From assembly GCA_017462385.1 (NCBI GenBank), contig JAFTRE010000032.1:104488-168487 (forward strand): DNA of 64,000 nt, read 5' to 3'. The notes beneath the pieces are model-generated. The model saw only the letters and a list, made by a program, of their open reading frames with translations, was not told the DNA's origin and made no database searches. Shown here piece after piece: positions 62,685 through 64,000 of the stretch. Both the position numbers and the translations under genes were made by a program. Within the stretch, counting starts at the first letter, position 1. Each line of letters starts with the position of its first letter. The stretch is from Clostridia bacterium (GTDB lineage Bacteria; Bacillota; Clostridia; Oscillospirales; CAG-272).

Positions 62685-63515
62685 ATGGCACCTTTTTACG
62701 AAAAACGCGACAAGGATTTTTTCTATCGCGACGATCGCGGCGGGAGAACAAAGTTAGGCTGTTCTCCCCACCTGCACCGTCACGTTGAGTTTGCATATAT
62801 GATCGAGGGCTATGCCGACGGCTACGCCGATTCGGGCGTCTGCCGCATTGAGGCGGGGGATTTCTTTATTGCATTTCCCAACCAGATACACCGCTTTGTG
62901 ACCTACGGGCCCGAAAAATATATGCTTTTTATCGTCAATCCCGACATGATACCCGAGCTTGGCGCGCTCATGCTGGGCGCGTCGCCCGCGTCTAATCTGC
63001 TCAAACCCGCCGAGCAGCCGCCCGCTTTGCGTCAGCTGCTCGAGCAGCTTGCCGCCGTCTGGCGTCAGCCGAGCGAGCATCAGGAGCTGATACTGCGCGG
63101 GTATCTCTTAGCTTTGTTCGGCGAGCTGCTGCCGCGGCTGTCGCTCGGTCAGGTTCGCAGTGCCGACACGCAGGTGCTGCGCTCGGTCATTGACTTTTGC
63201 ACCGACAATTACACGCGTCCGCTATCGCTCTCGACGCTCTCGGACGAGCTTCACATAAGCAAATACTACATCTCGCATCTGTTCAGCAACAAGCTGGGCA
63301 TTGGCTTTAACGACTACATAAATTCGCTTCGCGTCTCAGCCGCCTGCCGTCAGCTTCGCGGCAGTGAGTGCAGTGTGACCGAGATAAGCGAATCGGTCGG
63401 CTTTTCAACGCTCCGCACCTTTAATCGCGCGTTTCTGCGCCACGTCGGCTCCTCGCCCTCGGAGTACCGCAAAAACCGCGGCGGCGCGGGCTATTCCGTG
63501 TCTGTTCCGATCTGA
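62685..63515 (+). CDS. AraC-family transcriptional regulator (cupin sensor plus HTH)
   Basis: 276 aa from the ATG after an AGGAGGG SD. It has a cupin-like N-terminus (HLHRHVEFAYMIEG) and the C-terminal AraC HTH ISESVGFSTLRTFNRAFLRHVGSSPSEYR. Confidence 0.85.
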   Translation: MAPFYEKRDKDFFYRDDRGGRTKLGCSPHLHRHVEFAYMIEGYADGYADSGVCRIEAGDFFIAFPNQIHRFVTYGPEKYMLFIVNPDMIPELGALMLGASPASNLLKPAEQPPALRQLLEQLAAVWRQPSEHQELILRGYLLALFGELLPRLSLGQVRSADTQVLRSVIDFCTDNYTRPLSLSTLSDELHISKYYISHLFSNKLGIGFNDYINSLRVSAACRQLRGSECSVTEISESVGFSTLRTFNRAFLRHVGSSPSEYRKNRGGAGYSVSVPI

Positions 63516-63553
63516 TGAAAAACAGAAATTTATCCATGAAAGGATCACTATAA

Positions 63554-64000
63554 ATGCGTATCAAATCCATCTCTCTCGCGCCTTCGGGGCGTGACAAAAT
63601 AAGCTGGGTCGCGTCCTACATGCCCGCGCTGTCCGAAATTCGCAAGGATTTTGAGGCAAACAAGCCGTTTGCGGGTCTGCGCGTCGCCATGTCCATCCAC
63701 CTTGAAGCAAAGACCGCCTATCTCGCCGAAACTCTGCGCGCAGGCGGTGCCGAGGTGTATATCACGGGCTGCAACCCGCTTTCCACTCAGGACGACGTCG
63801 CCGCCGCGCTCGCCGAATCGGGCATGGAGGTGTTCGCCTCGCATGGCGTATCGGACGAGCAATATACCTCGGACCTGCGCTCGGTTCTGTCCTGCCATCC
63901 CCACCTTATAATCGACGACGGCGGCGACCTCATCGCGCTGCTTCACGGCGACTGCCGCGAGTACGGGGACTGTCTTATCGGCGGCTGTGAGGAGACGACC
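63554..64000 (+). CDS. ahcY: adenosylhomocysteinase, N-terminal part (runs off the window end)
   Basis: My own translation gives MRIKSISLAPSGRDKISWVASYMPALSEIRKDFEANKPFAGLRVAMSIHLEAKTAYLAETLRAGGAEVYITGCNPLSTQDDVAAAL... This is the typical AhcY substrate-domain sequence. The ORF is open to position 64000. Confidence 0.8.
   Translation, partial: MRIKSISLAPSGRDKISWVASYMPALSEIRKDFEANKPFAGLRVAMSIHLEAKTAYLAETLRAGGAEVYITGCNPLSTQDDVAAALAESGMEVFASHGVSDEQYTSDLRSVLSCHPHLIIDDGGDLIALLHGDCREYGDCLIGGCEETT

Overview
This is a 64-kb chromosomal window from a visibly GC-rich, GC3-biased genome. Gene content and order look like Firmicutes/Clostridia; that taxonomy is inferred, not searched. Most of the window is densely packed housekeeping DNA in recognisable conserved clusters:
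- rpmH-rnpA-yidD-yidC-jag
- holA-(RhuM-like)-mnmE
- rimP-nusA-ylxR-ylxQ-infB
- gdpP-rplI-dnaB-tilS-hpt-ftsH
- rpmG-secE-nusG-rplK-rplA
- asnS, a 1190-aa pyruvate:ferredoxin oxidoreductase, and a partial cimA and ahcY at the two window edges.

Metabolic and accessory genes include two tandem GxDLY/SGNH esterase paralogs, two tandem PHP phosphoesterase paralogs and a Cys-type sulfatase next to a HAD hydrolase. There is also a GH127-like protein, an FAD/Rieske oxidoreductase, an ACT + UPF0210 pair, a zinc-ribbon PrsW-like protease and an orphan sugar-type lipoprotein SBP. A PF04392-type ABC importer sits behind a T-box leader.

One tRNA-Trp gene and one tRNA 3' fragment are present. I saw no rRNA, CRISPR array, transposase or integrase.

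The unusual signal lies in the intergenic DNA:
1. A strong-promoter RNA of about 360 nt between rpmH and holA. Its 5' and 3' ends form about 25 bp of long-range helix around a 27-codon hydrophobic ORF with a sequestered SD. This is my best candidate for an undescribed small toxin or riboregulated peptide locus.
2. A promoter, a 119-nt hairpin domain and an intrinsic terminator that together form a leader in front of a small low-GC gene.
3. An XRE repressor with three GTATTC-N4-GAATAC operators positioned on divergent promoters. The outward promoter drives only a short terminated transcript.
4. A lysin-less BhlA/UviB-like plus phiLC3-like holin cassette.
5. Several families of modular hairpin repeats. 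These include a MITE-like unit of about 195 bp, a 3 x 53-bp tandem array, and a 263-bp tandem duplication anchored on tRNA 3' ends.

Several very long ORFs in the track are antisense shadows of real genes. All calls come from reading the sequence and the ORF translations. No database search, folding program or statistics was run.
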